From positions 6,447 to 70,446 of the forward strand of contig JAKQKX010000069.1 in the NCBI GenBank assembly GCA_029560465.1: 64,000 bases of DNA, written 5' to 3'. The DNA is from Candidatus Omnitrophota bacterium. Its GTDB lineage: Bacteria > Omnitrophota > Gorgyraeia > Zapsychrales > JANLHA01. The position numbers and the translations under genes were made by a program. Numbering within the stretch: position 1 is the stretch's first letter; the number at the start of each line of letters is the position of its first letter. Positions 47,895 to 56,946 of this stretch are shown here, one piece after another. Under the pieces are notes generated by a model, which searched no databases, was not told the DNA's origin, and worked only from the letters and a program-made list of their open reading frames with translations.

Positions 47895-48774
47895 TATAGG
47901 GAAATTTCTCGTGAATGAAAAATTTCTTAAAGCAATGTTTAATTCCTCGAAGGTCCCGGTAATCGACTTCGGTTTGAGCGATATATTGCAACAGGCCCAG
48001 AAGTTAGTGGGGAAGCTGTCGATTTCAGGTGTGCAACCGAAATTATCCGTCAAGTTAGATAAAAAGCAAAACATGTTGATTGTCGTGAGTGAGGGCGGCG
48101 AATATATTCTAAAACCGCAAACGGCGACCTTTCCCCATATCCCGGAAAATGAGCAATGCTGTATGGATATTGCGCAAGAATTAGACATTGAGGTGCCGCT
48201 GCATTGCGTGATTCCTCTGAAAGATAAAAACCTTGCTTATGTGGTCAAAAGATTCGACAGAGAAAAGGGAAATAAGGTCCATCAGGAAGATTTTGCGCAG
48301 ATCCTTGAAGCCAATGATAAGTATCGAGGCTCGGTGGAGCAGATAGGAAGCAAGCTCAAGGAAATTTCAGCCGCCCCTGGCTATGACGCGCAACTTTTGT
48401 TTGAACGGGTTGTGCTGAATTTTGTTCTCGCCAATGGCGACGCCCACTTGAAAAATTATTCAATATCATACAAGGAAGATGGTATCCGTTTGACGCCGGC
48501 TTATGATATTGTGTGTTCACGACTTGCGATCCCAGACGAGCAAGAAGAGTCGGCAATAAACATCAACGGCAAAAAGAATCGCTTGTCGAGGGAAGATTTT
48601 GATAAATTGGCAGATTATTTGAATGTGCCTCTTAAGGTGCGTTATGAAAAGGTTGAAGGCAAATTAGAAGTTATGAAGAAGCGCATCAAAGCTTCCCGCT
48701 TCAGCAAGGCAGACCAGAATAAGTTCCTCGACATTATTAAAGAACGTTTGCGGCGGTTAGGATTATCTGAATAG
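47857..48774 (+). CDS. HipA C-terminal kinase toxin (HipT-like); start uncertain (GTG 47911 possible)
   Basis: SISGVQPK, YILKP, RFDR, HQEDF, NGDAHLKN, PAYD. Confidence 0.9.
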   Translation: MARLPWSCPSRRNIGKFLVNEKFLKAMFNSSKVPVIDFGLSDILQQAQKLVGKLSISGVQPKLSVKLDKKQNMLIVVSEGGEYILKPQTATFPHIPENEQCCMDIAQELDIEVPLHCVIPLKDKNLAYVVKRFDREKGNKVHQEDFAQILEANDKYRGSVEQIGSKLKEISAAPGYDAQLLFERVVLNFVLANGDAHLKNYSISYKEDGIRLTPAYDIVCSRLAIPDEQEESAININGKKNRLSREDFDKLADYLNVPLKVRYEKVEGKLEVMKKRIKASRFSKADQNKFLDIIKERLRRLGLSE

Positions 48775-49055
48775 GGGCAGTAAATGATGCAGGGGAACAG
48801 ATAATTCGTATCAACATCATCTGAGGAAGCGGGCTTTTTGTTGTCAAAACATCTTTCTCAGAAATGTCTCATTTTATATCAATTTTGATTAATTTTTATG
48901 CCTTTCGATCTGCAGTTGGCACAAATTTGGCAAAACGAATGGGGGCAAGTTATCTTGGGGAATGCAAAATTCTTGAAATAGGAAAAATTTTTCAAAAATA
49001 TTGTTGACAAAATTCTTATTTATTGTATATTCTATGTCAGAAAGAGGAAACGCGT

Positions 49056-49355
49056 ATGGGGGAGCCTAAGGGATGTGACAAGAACCGGGATTTTATTGAA
49101 GTCCCCATTGACAATGATGAACCGATATTCACAACAGGCGTTATTTGTAAACTTCTTTCGATCCCGCATCATGTCTTAAAACAGCTTGACGAGGAAGGGA
49201 TCGTGACCCCGCCCCGAAAGAAAGGGAAAAGCCGTCTTTATTCGAAACGGGAACTGAAGAAGATTCAAATATGTTGGTGTTATATTAATGAAAAGAAGGT
49301 GAACATCCCGGCGCTTAGGATTATTTTGGAAATGGAAGAGGAGAGGAGCCTCTAA
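49056..49355 (+). CDS. MerR-family regulator (HspR-like)
   Basis: EPIFTTGVI..P.R..SRLYS; TTGACA-16-TATATT promoter. Confidence 0.8.
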   Translation: MGEPKGCDKNRDFIEVPIDNDEPIFTTGVICKLLSIPHHVLKQLDEEGIVTPPRKKGKSRLYSKRELKKIQICWCYINEKKVNIPALRIILEMEEERSL

Positions 49356-49372
49356 AATTTTTTGTCCACAAA

Positions 49373-49399
49373 TTGGCACTCTCTTCATTCGAGTGCCAA
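49373..49399. promoter_or_regulatory. CIRCE element (HrcA operator)
   Basis: TTGGCACTC-N9-GAGTGCCAA versus consensus TTAGCACTC-N9-GAGTGCTAA; upstream of hsp20 genes. Confidence 0.9.
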
Positions 49400-49436
49400 T
49401 AGAATGAACAGGAAAAATAAAAGGAGGTGAGTTACA

Positions 49437-49517
49437 ATGAAAAGTATTGAAAAGTTTATCGGCAAATTAAAAAATATTGGTGGCCTGATAAAAGAGAAGA
49501 TAAGAAAAAGCAAATAA
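49437..49517 (+). CDS. 26-aa cationic peptide
   Basis: AAGGAGGTG SD; MKSIEKFIGKLKNIGGLIKEKIRKSK. Confidence 0.5.
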   Translation: MKSIEKFIGKLKNIGGLIKEKIRKSK

Positions 49518-49543
49518 GACAGACTAATTCGGAGGTGATTAAC

Positions 49544-50014
49544 ATGGCACTTATTCCTTACAGGAGAGAGAATTGGTGGTCGGACCCGTTCTTTGAATTA
49601 GAGAATATCCAGAAGCAAATGAATCAGCTTTTTGATTTTTCTTTATCCCGTGGTCCCGGAGGAGACACAACGTTGCTGGGCGGGCAATGGGCACCGGCTG
49701 TCGATGTTTATGATTCTAAAGACAATCTTTTAGTAAAGGCCGACCTGCCGGGTTTGACCAAGGATGAGATTGAAGTTTCCATTCAGGACAATCATCTTGT
49801 CCTGAAGGGGGAAAAGAAAAAGGATCATGAAATCAAGGAAGAAAATTATTTTAAGACAGAAAGGTATTACGGGAGCTTCTTTAGGACGATCCCCTTGCCA
49901 TCTGAGATAGACGCCGCTAAGGTTGAGGCGAAGTATCAGGATGGCGTCTTGACTTTGACGTTACCCAAGAAAGAAGAGGCCAAACCGAAACAGATTACAA
50001 TTAACGTTCAATAA
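49544..50014 (+). CDS. Hsp20/alpha-crystallin
   Basis: PAVDVYD, DLPG, ERYYGSFFR, YQDGVLTLTLPK. Confidence 0.95.
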   Translation: MALIPYRRENWWSDPFFELENIQKQMNQLFDFSLSRGPGGDTTLLGGQWAPAVDVYDSKDNLLVKADLPGLTKDEIEVSIQDNHLVLKGEKKKDHEIKEENYFKTERYYGSFFRTIPLPSEIDAAKVEAKYQDGVLTLTLPKKEEAKPKQITINVQ

Positions 50015-50067
50015 TCCCAGGGGGCTTTTTTCTTCCCCCTGGAGGCCCGTGACAGGAGGTGGTTTCA

Positions 50068-50433
50068 ATGTTAGAAAAATTTAAAAAGAATCAGGAGCAG
50101 CTGGCTGTCGTAGCCCCGTATGCTAATATATACGAACAAGGTAAAGACATTGTGCTTTCCGTCGAAATGCCCGGAGTGGAAAAGGGCACGATTGATGTCA
50201 ACCTTAACGGGAATCTTTTGGTGATCCAGGCCAGGAAAATGAAAGAGGAAATCAGCAAAGAATATAAACCGGTTTATCAGGAGAGGTTTCCTGTCGCTTA
50301 CGAGCGCCGGTTCGAAATCAACACAGAAATAGACCGTGACGCTATCGAGGCCGAGTATAAGAATGGGATATTAAAAGTTTCGTTAGCCAAATCAGAAGCG
50401 GCCCAACCCCAAAAGATAGCCATTAAAACTTAA
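50068..50433 (+). CDS. Hsp20/alpha-crystallin
   Basis: EMPGV, YERRF, YKNGIL. Confidence 0.9.
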   Translation: MLEKFKKNQEQLAVVAPYANIYEQGKDIVLSVEMPGVEKGTIDVNLNGNLLVIQARKMKEEISKEYKPVYQERFPVAYERRFEINTEIDRDAIEAEYKNGILKVSLAKSEAAQPQKIAIKT

Positions 50434-50488
50434 GCAGGGGAGACCGCTTCCCTGCCCACTTTTTCATGAGAGGGGAAGGTGAATCACG

Positions 50489-50737
50489 ATGAATAAGATC
50501 GATGTGTTTGATGTGTTTTTTAACGGTTTTTCATATACCTGGAAACACCAGTTGCTGCAGGGGGTGTTGTTTATATTGCTCGGGATTATTATTGTCCTGA
50601 TGCCGCAATTGTTAGTGGCGATGGTCGCTTCATTCTTTGTCGTTATTGGCCTTGTTTTGATAGGATCGGCTTGGGCAATGCGGCGGGTCCGTAAACAATA
50701 TGACGGGTTCAGAAGCGAACTTTTTGAAATTTTTTAA
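50489..50737 (+). CDS. Small two-TM membrane protein
   Basis: Hydrophobic hairpin GVLFILLGIIIVLMPQLL. Confidence 0.7.
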   Translation: MNKIDVFDVFFNGFSYTWKHQLLQGVLFILLGIIIVLMPQLLVAMVASFFVVIGLVLIGSAWAMRRVRKQYDGFRSELFEIF

Positions 50738-50787
50738 TTTTAGAAGGTTATAAGGAATACCCGGTATTCTCAAGGGGGGTGTTGTTT

Positions 50788-51426
50788 ATGAACAAGAAAT
50801 TTAAAATTCTTTTTATTGGCGGTATTGTCTTGCTCGCTTGTGTTCTTTTGTTTAATAGGGGTTTTGTGGCCTTCGCTCAGGAGGACCAGGTTGAGGTTTT
50901 AAAGAAGCGGATCGAGTCCCTGCAAAAGCGTGTGGAGGAGTTGGAGGCCGGCCAGGTCAAAGCGGCGCAGAAGGCTCAGGAAGGAGCCAGGGGCTATTTT
51001 AAAACAAGCCCGGACCGATGGGATCCTTTTTCCGAGATTTATCGTATGCAGGCAGAAATGGATCGGATGTTTCAGGATTCTTTTTTCATGGGCGGCCCGA
51101 CCAGTAAAGGGATGTTTAGAAGTAATATGTATTATGACGATACCTTCGCCATGGAAGAAAAAGAGGATAAATATGTCATGGAATTCGATATGGCGGGAAT
51201 GAACGAAGGGAAGATTGATATTCAGGTGAACCAGCGGTCGCTGACGGTGAAAGGTGAACAGAAGGCGCAGCGGCAGGACGAGGGTTTGAACCGCTCCTTC
51301 AGCTCCCAGAGTTATGCCACGTTCATGAAGACGATATCGGTCCCGCCGGACGCTGACACTTCGCGGATGACAACGGAAAATAAGGGAGGCAAATTGATTA
51401 TCACGTTGCCCAAAAAGACTATTTAA
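50788..51426 (+). CDS. Exported Hsp20-domain protein
   Basis: Signal ending AFA, coiled coil, WDPF, alpha-crystallin C-terminus GKLIITLPK. Confidence 0.8.
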   Translation: MNKKFKILFIGGIVLLACVLLFNRGFVAFAQEDQVEVLKKRIESLQKRVEELEAGQVKAAQKAQEGARGYFKTSPDRWDPFSEIYRMQAEMDRMFQDSFFMGGPTSKGMFRSNMYYDDTFAMEEKEDKYVMEFDMAGMNEGKIDIQVNQRSLTVKGEQKAQRQDEGLNRSFSSQSYATFMKTISVPPDADTSRMTTENKGGKLIITLPKKTI

Positions 51427-51551
51427 CGGCCATGGGCGACCATTGTAGCCCGGCCATTGTCAAGTATTACTTAATATTCATAAAAAATGTTAAGCTGTAC
51501 TTGACAATGGCCCGGACTTAATGTATACTTCATCTTAAAGGAAAGAGGACC

Positions 51552-52103
51552 ATGAAAAGTTTGGGGATTAATTTAAAAAGGTTGCGGGAGGACCAAGGAA
51601 CAACCCTGAGAGAGATGGCCAAAGATATCGGGGTGAGCCCGAGTTTCCTTTCCCAGGTTGAAAAAGGCAAAGCGTCGCCATCGTTGACCACACTAAAATC
51701 TATTGCGGATGCTTTACAGACGACTATCGGGAATTTAGTCGGAGAGGACGCCAATCAGAAAGAAAAGATGATCACGAGAGAAGATGAGCGAAAATCCCTG
51801 AAGCAAGTCAGCCAGGGGATTCAGATGTATCTCTTGTCGGAAGTCAATCCTTATAAACAAATGCAACCCTTGTTGTTTAAATTGGCCGTTAATGCCGCCT
51901 CGGGAGAAACGTCCTACGCTCATTATGGCCAGGAGTTTGTTTTGGTCCTGAAGGGGGCGATAGAGATAAGCCTGGGGGAGAAGAATTATCAGCTTAAAAA
52001 AGGTGACAGTATTTATTTCAATTCCAGTACGCCGCATTCTTTTAAAAATTTAAATAAAGGAGAAACAGAGGCTTTATGGATCGTAACGCCTCCCAGTTTT
52101 TAA
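51552..52103 (+). CDS. XRE HTH-cupin regulator
   Basis: SFLSQVEKG..PSL; HYGQE, GDSIYF, PH; promoter TTGACA..TATACT. Confidence 0.9.
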   Translation: MKSLGINLKRLREDQGTTLREMAKDIGVSPSFLSQVEKGKASPSLTTLKSIADALQTTIGNLVGEDANQKEKMITREDERKSLKQVSQGIQMYLLSEVNPYKQMQPLLFKLAVNAASGETSYAHYGQEFVLVLKGAIEISLGEKNYQLKKGDSIYFNSSTPHSFKNLNKGETEALWIVTPPSF

Positions 52104-52224
52104 CGGCAAATTTTTTTGCCTTCTATGTTAACTAATACTTAATATAATAAATAAATACTTAACATATTGTCTGCAGGAGCCTTGGTCCGGGGAGGATCAG
52201 GGAACAATAGAACAGGAGGGTAAG

Positions 52225-53181
52225 ATGAGTTTAATACACCATGAAGGAGACAGAGGGGATGATTTTGGCGTTGAGAGCCGGGTTAACCTGGATGATATTA
52301 TTCATTCCATGAAAAGCGGGCTTTATGTCGCGGATAATAACGGCAATATCTCCTTCGCGAACCAGGCTTTTGCTGAAATTTTTCAGTACCGCACCCGGGA
52401 TGATATTGTGGGGTTGAATTTAGCGGAGAATTTGTATGAAAGGAGAAAAGACCGGATCACTTTTTTGCGGCAATTGATGGAAAACGGCTTTGTTTCCGAT
52501 TATATCATCCCCATGGTCCGGCGAGACGGCAGCCGGGTCGTCATTTCCGCCCGGAGCAATTTTCTGAAGGATAAAACGGGGCGGGTCGTTGGGGTGCAAG
52601 GGATTGTCAAGGAGCTCCCGGAGGAGCAGGAAGTCCGGGGAAATAAGGGCCAGGAAATTCATGATCTGGCCTATCAGGATGAAGAAGCGTGCCGTACACT
52701 CGACAAGTTGATCCGGGATCCTTTGACAGGGCTTTATAATTATCAGTATTTTATGAGATGCTTGGAAGCCGAGACCCTGCGGGCGGACCGGTTTTTTCAG
52801 CCGTTGAGTCTGATCATGATAGACATCGATAATTTTGAGGTCTTTAACAATCAATTCGGCCGGGAGGAGGGGGATGCCCTGATCAAGGAAGTTGGCGCCC
52901 TTTTTCGTAAGAATTTTCGTGATACTGATATTGTATGCCGGCAATCGCAGGATCAGTTTTTGGTCATATTGCCGGAAACTAAAAAAGAAGAGGCATTGTC
53001 CGTCGCGAAGGCCGTTAAAGACGTTATTCAAGAATCGTCTTTTCAAACATCTGTGACGTGCAGTATGGGATTGAGCCGGTATATCTCCGGCATGACAACG
53101 CAGGAGCTCTTGTTAAAGGCTAATCTTGGTTTATATATGGCCAAAGAGATGGGAAGGAATGAGGCGTGTCTTTACGGTTAA
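52225..53181 (+). CDS. PAS plus degenerate GGDEF protein
   Basis: DPLTGLYN, DIDNF, I-site RDTD, active site SQDQF. Confidence 0.85.
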   Translation: MSLIHHEGDRGDDFGVESRVNLDDIIHSMKSGLYVADNNGNISFANQAFAEIFQYRTRDDIVGLNLAENLYERRKDRITFLRQLMENGFVSDYIIPMVRRDGSRVVISARSNFLKDKTGRVVGVQGIVKELPEEQEVRGNKGQEIHDLAYQDEEACRTLDKLIRDPLTGLYNYQYFMRCLEAETLRADRFFQPLSLIMIDIDNFEVFNNQFGREEGDALIKEVGALFRKNFRDTDIVCRQSQDQFLVILPETKKEEALSVAKAVKDVIQESSFQTSVTCSMGLSRYISGMTTQELLLKANLGLYMAKEMGRNEACLYG

Positions 53182-53226
53182 TTGGATTTTTGTTAACGGC
53201 TTAAAAAGTAAAAAGGAGAAAATATC

Positions 53227-54228
53227 ATGTACACGGAGGCTATAAGACGGATTCGGGAACGGGCAAAAAAGAACCCTCAAAGGATTATTTTTCCTGAACC
53301 AGAGGATGATCGCGTCCTGCGCGCCGTTGATTATATCCGGACGGAAGGCCTTGCCGAGCCGTTTCTGCTCTCGCAGGAGTCTATGGACCCTTCCCAGCAA
53401 GACCAATTCGCTTTTTTGCTTTATGAATTCCGGAAAGCCAAGGGCATGACGTATGAAAAAGCCAGGGGATTGATGGACAACGTGCTTTTTTATGCGGCGA
53501 TGATGCTGCGTTGTGGCTTTGTGGACGGCATGGTGGCGGGGGCCGCTCACTCGACGGCCGCGGTGATGCGCGCGGTCGTGAATTGTTTGGAAATCAATGA
53601 TAGGGTCGGACTTGTGACCAGTTGCTTCCTGATGGGGATCCCCAACAGTACATTCGGAGAGGAAGGTGTTCTCCTTTATGCGGACTGTGGCGTCCTTCCT
53701 AACCCGACCAGTGAACAGCTGGCGAGGATCGCTGTTTCTAGTGCTCAATTTTTTCAGGACATTACGGACAAGACGGCGCGGGTCGCCATGCTGAGTTTCT
53801 CCACGAAGGGAAGCGCGAACGGCGATCTGGTCGAGAAAGTGAAAAGATCCGTTGAGCTCGCCAAAGATTTGAAGAAAGATTTTTTTATCGATGGGGAATT
53901 GCAGGCGGATAGTGCCCTTGTCCCGGAAATCGCCGCCCGTAAACTGAAGGATAGCGATGTCGCCGGCAAAGCCAATGTCCTCATATTCCCGAACTTAGAT
54001 GCAGGGAATATTAGTTATAAACTGACGGAACGGCTGGCCAATGCGCGCGCTATAGGTCCTGTTATTTTAGGGACTTTGCAGCCGTGCAGTGATCTGTCGC
54101 GGGGGTGCTGTGTCGATGACATTATTGATGCTGCGGCCGTGACGGCTATCCGGGCCCAGAAAAAATATTTTAATAGGGAAAATGTATTTATTAATTTTGA
54201 CAAGCACTATGCGTATACTTGTGTTTAA
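53227..54228 (+). CDS. pta: Phosphate acetyltransferase (short form)
   Basis: ADC, LSFSTKGS, DGELQAD, FPNLDAGNISYK, DLSRG. Confidence 0.95.
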   Translation: MYTEAIRRIRERAKKNPQRIIFPEPEDDRVLRAVDYIRTEGLAEPFLLSQESMDPSQQDQFAFLLYEFRKAKGMTYEKARGLMDNVLFYAAMMLRCGFVDGMVAGAAHSTAAVMRAVVNCLEINDRVGLVTSCFLMGIPNSTFGEEGVLLYADCGVLPNPTSEQLARIAVSSAQFFQDITDKTARVAMLSFSTKGSANGDLVEKVKRSVELAKDLKKDFFIDGELQADSALVPEIAARKLKDSDVAGKANVLIFPNLDAGNISYKLTERLANARAIGPVILGTLQPCSDLSRGCCVDDIIDAAAVTAIRAQKKYFNRENVFINFDKHYAYTCV

Positions 54229-55423
54229 CGGCGGAAGCTCATCGTTGAGCTATAAAATCTTTGATTGGCACAACGCCCTTCAAGTTGATTTAATTTTAAA
54301 AGGGAAGGCCTACCGGGTGGGCGTGAAAGGGACCAGGGATTCTTATGTTGAAAATTGTTTCCAGGGCAGGGCTGAAAGAAAGGTTGTTCCCATCCCCGAT
54401 CACTCCGCCGCGGCGATTTTAGCGGCCACGTATATTAAGCAAAATAAAATACATGTGGACGCTATTGGACACCGGTTTGTCCACGGCGGGGAATATTTTA
54501 AGCGGGCTGCGGTGATTGACCGGGATAATTTTAAGAGACTAGAACGGTGTTTGCCTTTGGCCCCGCTTCATAACCCGATTTCGTTTAACGTCATTAAGGA
54601 AGCCAGGAAGCTATTCCCGCGGGTCCCGCAGTACGCTGTTATGGATTCCGCTTTTCATTCGACGTTGCCCCCCAAGGCGTATGCTTATCCGCTTCCTGAA
54701 AGAATTATCCGGCGATACAAATATCGCCGTTACGGGTTTCATGGGATTTCCTGTTCGTATATTTGCCGTCGTGTCCCGGAGTTTTTGAAGATTAATCCTA
54801 GGACGATTAATATGATCATCTGCCACTTAGGAACGGGTGGGGCCAGTGTCACGGCGGTCCGGGGGGGGTGTTCTGTTGACACCTCGATGGGGGCGTCCCC
54901 CAATACGGGGCTGATTATGAGCACGCGTTCGGGGGATATTGATCCGATGGTTATCTTTCATTTGATGCGGACGCGAGGCTATGGCTCAGAGGAGGTGGAG
55001 GATTTGTTGAATAAAAAAAGCGGGCTTTTAGGGCTTTCCGGGTTTTCGAGCGATATCACGGATATTATCGATGGGATGAAGGATAAACGGTTTCAAAAAA
55101 AGGCCCGGTTGGCTTTTGACACGTATGTCCACCGGCTGAAGAATTACATCGGAAGCTATGTCGCTGTCCTCGGCGGCCGGATCGACGCGTTAGTTTTTAC
55201 GGATGACATAGGCGTTCATAATCCGTTGATTCGTGAGAAAGTGTGCTCTTCGCTGCATTGGGCGGGGATTGTCCTGGACAGAAGAAGAAACCGGCGGGCG
55301 CCGATGAATCAGCCGGCCCTTATTCAATCCTCCTGTTCAGAGGTTGCAATCGTAACGATGCCCACTGATGAGGAACTTATGATTTGTCTTGAGGGGGGGC
55401 GGCTTTGGGAGGGCAGGACATGA
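54209..55423 (+). CDS. ackA: Acetate/propionate kinase family
   Basis: NGGSSS, GHRFVHGG, APLHNP, RRYGFHG, STRSGDID, TDEE. Confidence 0.9.
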   Translation: MRILVFNGGSSSLSYKIFDWHNALQVDLILKGKAYRVGVKGTRDSYVENCFQGRAERKVVPIPDHSAAAILAATYIKQNKIHVDAIGHRFVHGGEYFKRAAVIDRDNFKRLERCLPLAPLHNPISFNVIKEARKLFPRVPQYAVMDSAFHSTLPPKAYAYPLPERIIRRYKYRRYGFHGISCSYICRRVPEFLKINPRTINMIICHLGTGGASVTAVRGGCSVDTSMGASPNTGLIMSTRSGDIDPMVIFHLMRTRGYGSEEVEDLLNKKSGLLGLSGFSSDITDIIDGMKDKRFQKKARLAFDTYVHRLKNYIGSYVAVLGGRIDALVFTDDIGVHNPLIREKVCSSLHWAGIVLDRRRNRRAPMNQPALIQSSCSEVAIVTMPTDEELMICLEGGRLWEGRT

Positions 55424-56151
55424 TCCCGGGTGGCCAGGACCGTTTTTTTTCGCGCTTGCCGGAATTTGCCAGGTTATACGCTATCCCGTATGAATTGTCG
55501 CAGCAGGGTGTTCAAAAACACGGCAGGGACGGCGTAATTCATCGATGGGCGCTTGAAAGAATCACAAACAAGACTGGGCAGAAATTTCACAAGGTCATAG
55601 GTATTTTGATCGGTGAGCACACGAATCTCGCCGCGATCAGGGCTGGCCAGCCCATTGATGTCAGCGATGGATTCTCCCGCCTGGACGGCCTTTTTTCGGA
55701 AACCCGCTGCGGGGCGATCGACAGTTCGGTCATTTTTCAGATGCTTGGTGACGGAATTTCCGGGGAGAGGATTGAAGAGGTGTTGTCTCAAGAGAGCGGG
55801 TTTAAGGCTTTGGCGGGAGGGGAATGCACGTTGAACCATATTCTTCAAAGGAGAGATTCGAAAGCGAAATTCGCAAAGGAAGTTTTTTGTTATCAGATTT
55901 TGAAATATATAGGAGCCTTTACCGCAAGCTTGGGGGGCGTGGACCTGATTCTGTTTGTGGGAGAAGGCAGCCTACAAATTAGAAGATTGGCATTTGATTT
56001 GACCGGCCACTTGAGGTTTATGGGGGTCAAAAAAAAAGCAGCGGTTCCTTCTGGAGAAATCGCGTGGTTAACGACCCGCGGTTCAACCATTAAGGTTTGC
56101 TTTATAAATTGTTTGGGGCAGCCAGCCCCCTCGCCGCGGTCCGGTCGGTGA
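55420..56151 (+). CDS. Degenerate acetate-kinase C-terminal-half paralog
   Basis: YAIP..KHG, TRCGAID, ESG, KYIGA..LGGVD; N-lobe absent. Confidence 0.7.
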   Translation: MIPGGQDRFFSRLPEFARLYAIPYELSQQGVQKHGRDGVIHRWALERITNKTGQKFHKVIGILIGEHTNLAAIRAGQPIDVSDGFSRLDGLFSETRCGAIDSSVIFQMLGDGISGERIEEVLSQESGFKALAGGECTLNHILQRRDSKAKFAKEVFCYQILKYIGAFTASLGGVDLILFVGEGSLQIRRLAFDLTGHLRFMGVKKKAAVPSGEIAWLTTRGSTIKVCFINCLGQPAPSPRSGR

Positions 56152-56263
56152 ACTTTTCGTGTGCACGCTCCCACAAAAATATGGAAAGCTTTTTACTGAA
56201 GAAAGATGTAAAATATCTTTTTGTCATTCAATGGGGGATGACGAAAGACGAAAGGAAGAATCA

Positions 56264-56650
56264 ATGAACAAAACGATGGGAGTGCTGCTTTTGAGCCTTG
56301 GTTTTTGGGCCTTGGGGTGCGGGAACCAGCAGGCTCAAGCGGCCGATCCGCAGGATACTGTGGCAGCCGAGGTGAGCGAGGTGGAGGCTGTCGTGAAAGA
56401 GGATCCACTGACTGAAAGCTTGGCGAAGAAAGCCAAAACTTTTTTGGCCCGGGCCCAGCAATTTTTGGACGAAGGACAGTACAAAGACGCAATCGCCGTG
56501 GCTCAAAATATTTTGAGTTTTGATCCTAAAAATGCCGACGCTCAAAAAATTTTTGAAACAGCCAAGGCTAAACTTGCCGAATTGACAAAGGAAAAAGCGG
56601 GGAACGTGACGTCCGGCTTGCTGGATACGCTGGGGACGACAGAAGAATAA
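56264..56650 (+). CDS. TPR-like lipoprotein
   Basis: Lipobox ALGC; GQYKDAI..DPKNADA. Confidence 0.75.
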   Translation: MNKTMGVLLLSLGFWALGCGNQQAQAADPQDTVAAEVSEVEAVVKEDPLTESLAKKAKTFLARAQQFLDEGQYKDAIAVAQNILSFDPKNADAQKIFETAKAKLAELTKEKAGNVTSGLLDTLGTTEE

Positions 56651-56691
56651 AGACCGTCGCGACGGTTTTCAAGAAATTTCCTTTTTCCCGG

Positions 56692-56724
56692 CCCTGTTTC
56701 TTATCAGGAAACAGGGTTTTTTTT
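56692..56724 (+). terminator. Intrinsic terminator
   Basis: CCCTGTTTC..GAAACAGGG followed by T8. Confidence 0.8.
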
Positions 56725-56946
56725 GTTCCTTGGAGGTATAATATGTGTTGTCTAGCGTCGTTATGGTTAAAAGGTGGATCAGATTATGCTTGGAGGACGT
56801 TAGATTTTTAAAGTTTTTTCGTCTAGTATTAAGAGAGCGGTTTCTGTTTTTCGGATTTTTATTTTCGCTTTTATCTGAATATCAGCCTCAGACAGCCTTT
56901 CCTGATTCAGGAATAATATATTATCAACCCCACAAAGGAGACTTTT

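Noticed and set aside
31250-48900. Integron cassette array
   Set aside because: No attC-like R''/R' sites were recognised and the integrase lacks IntI features; tRNA att sites explain the boundaries
49373-49381. TGGCAC as another integrase arm site
   Set aside because: It is the left half of the CIRCE palindrome
50750-50775. HAIR (HspR) operator
   Set aside because: Only a CTCAAG half-site; no CTTGAGT partner at the required spacing
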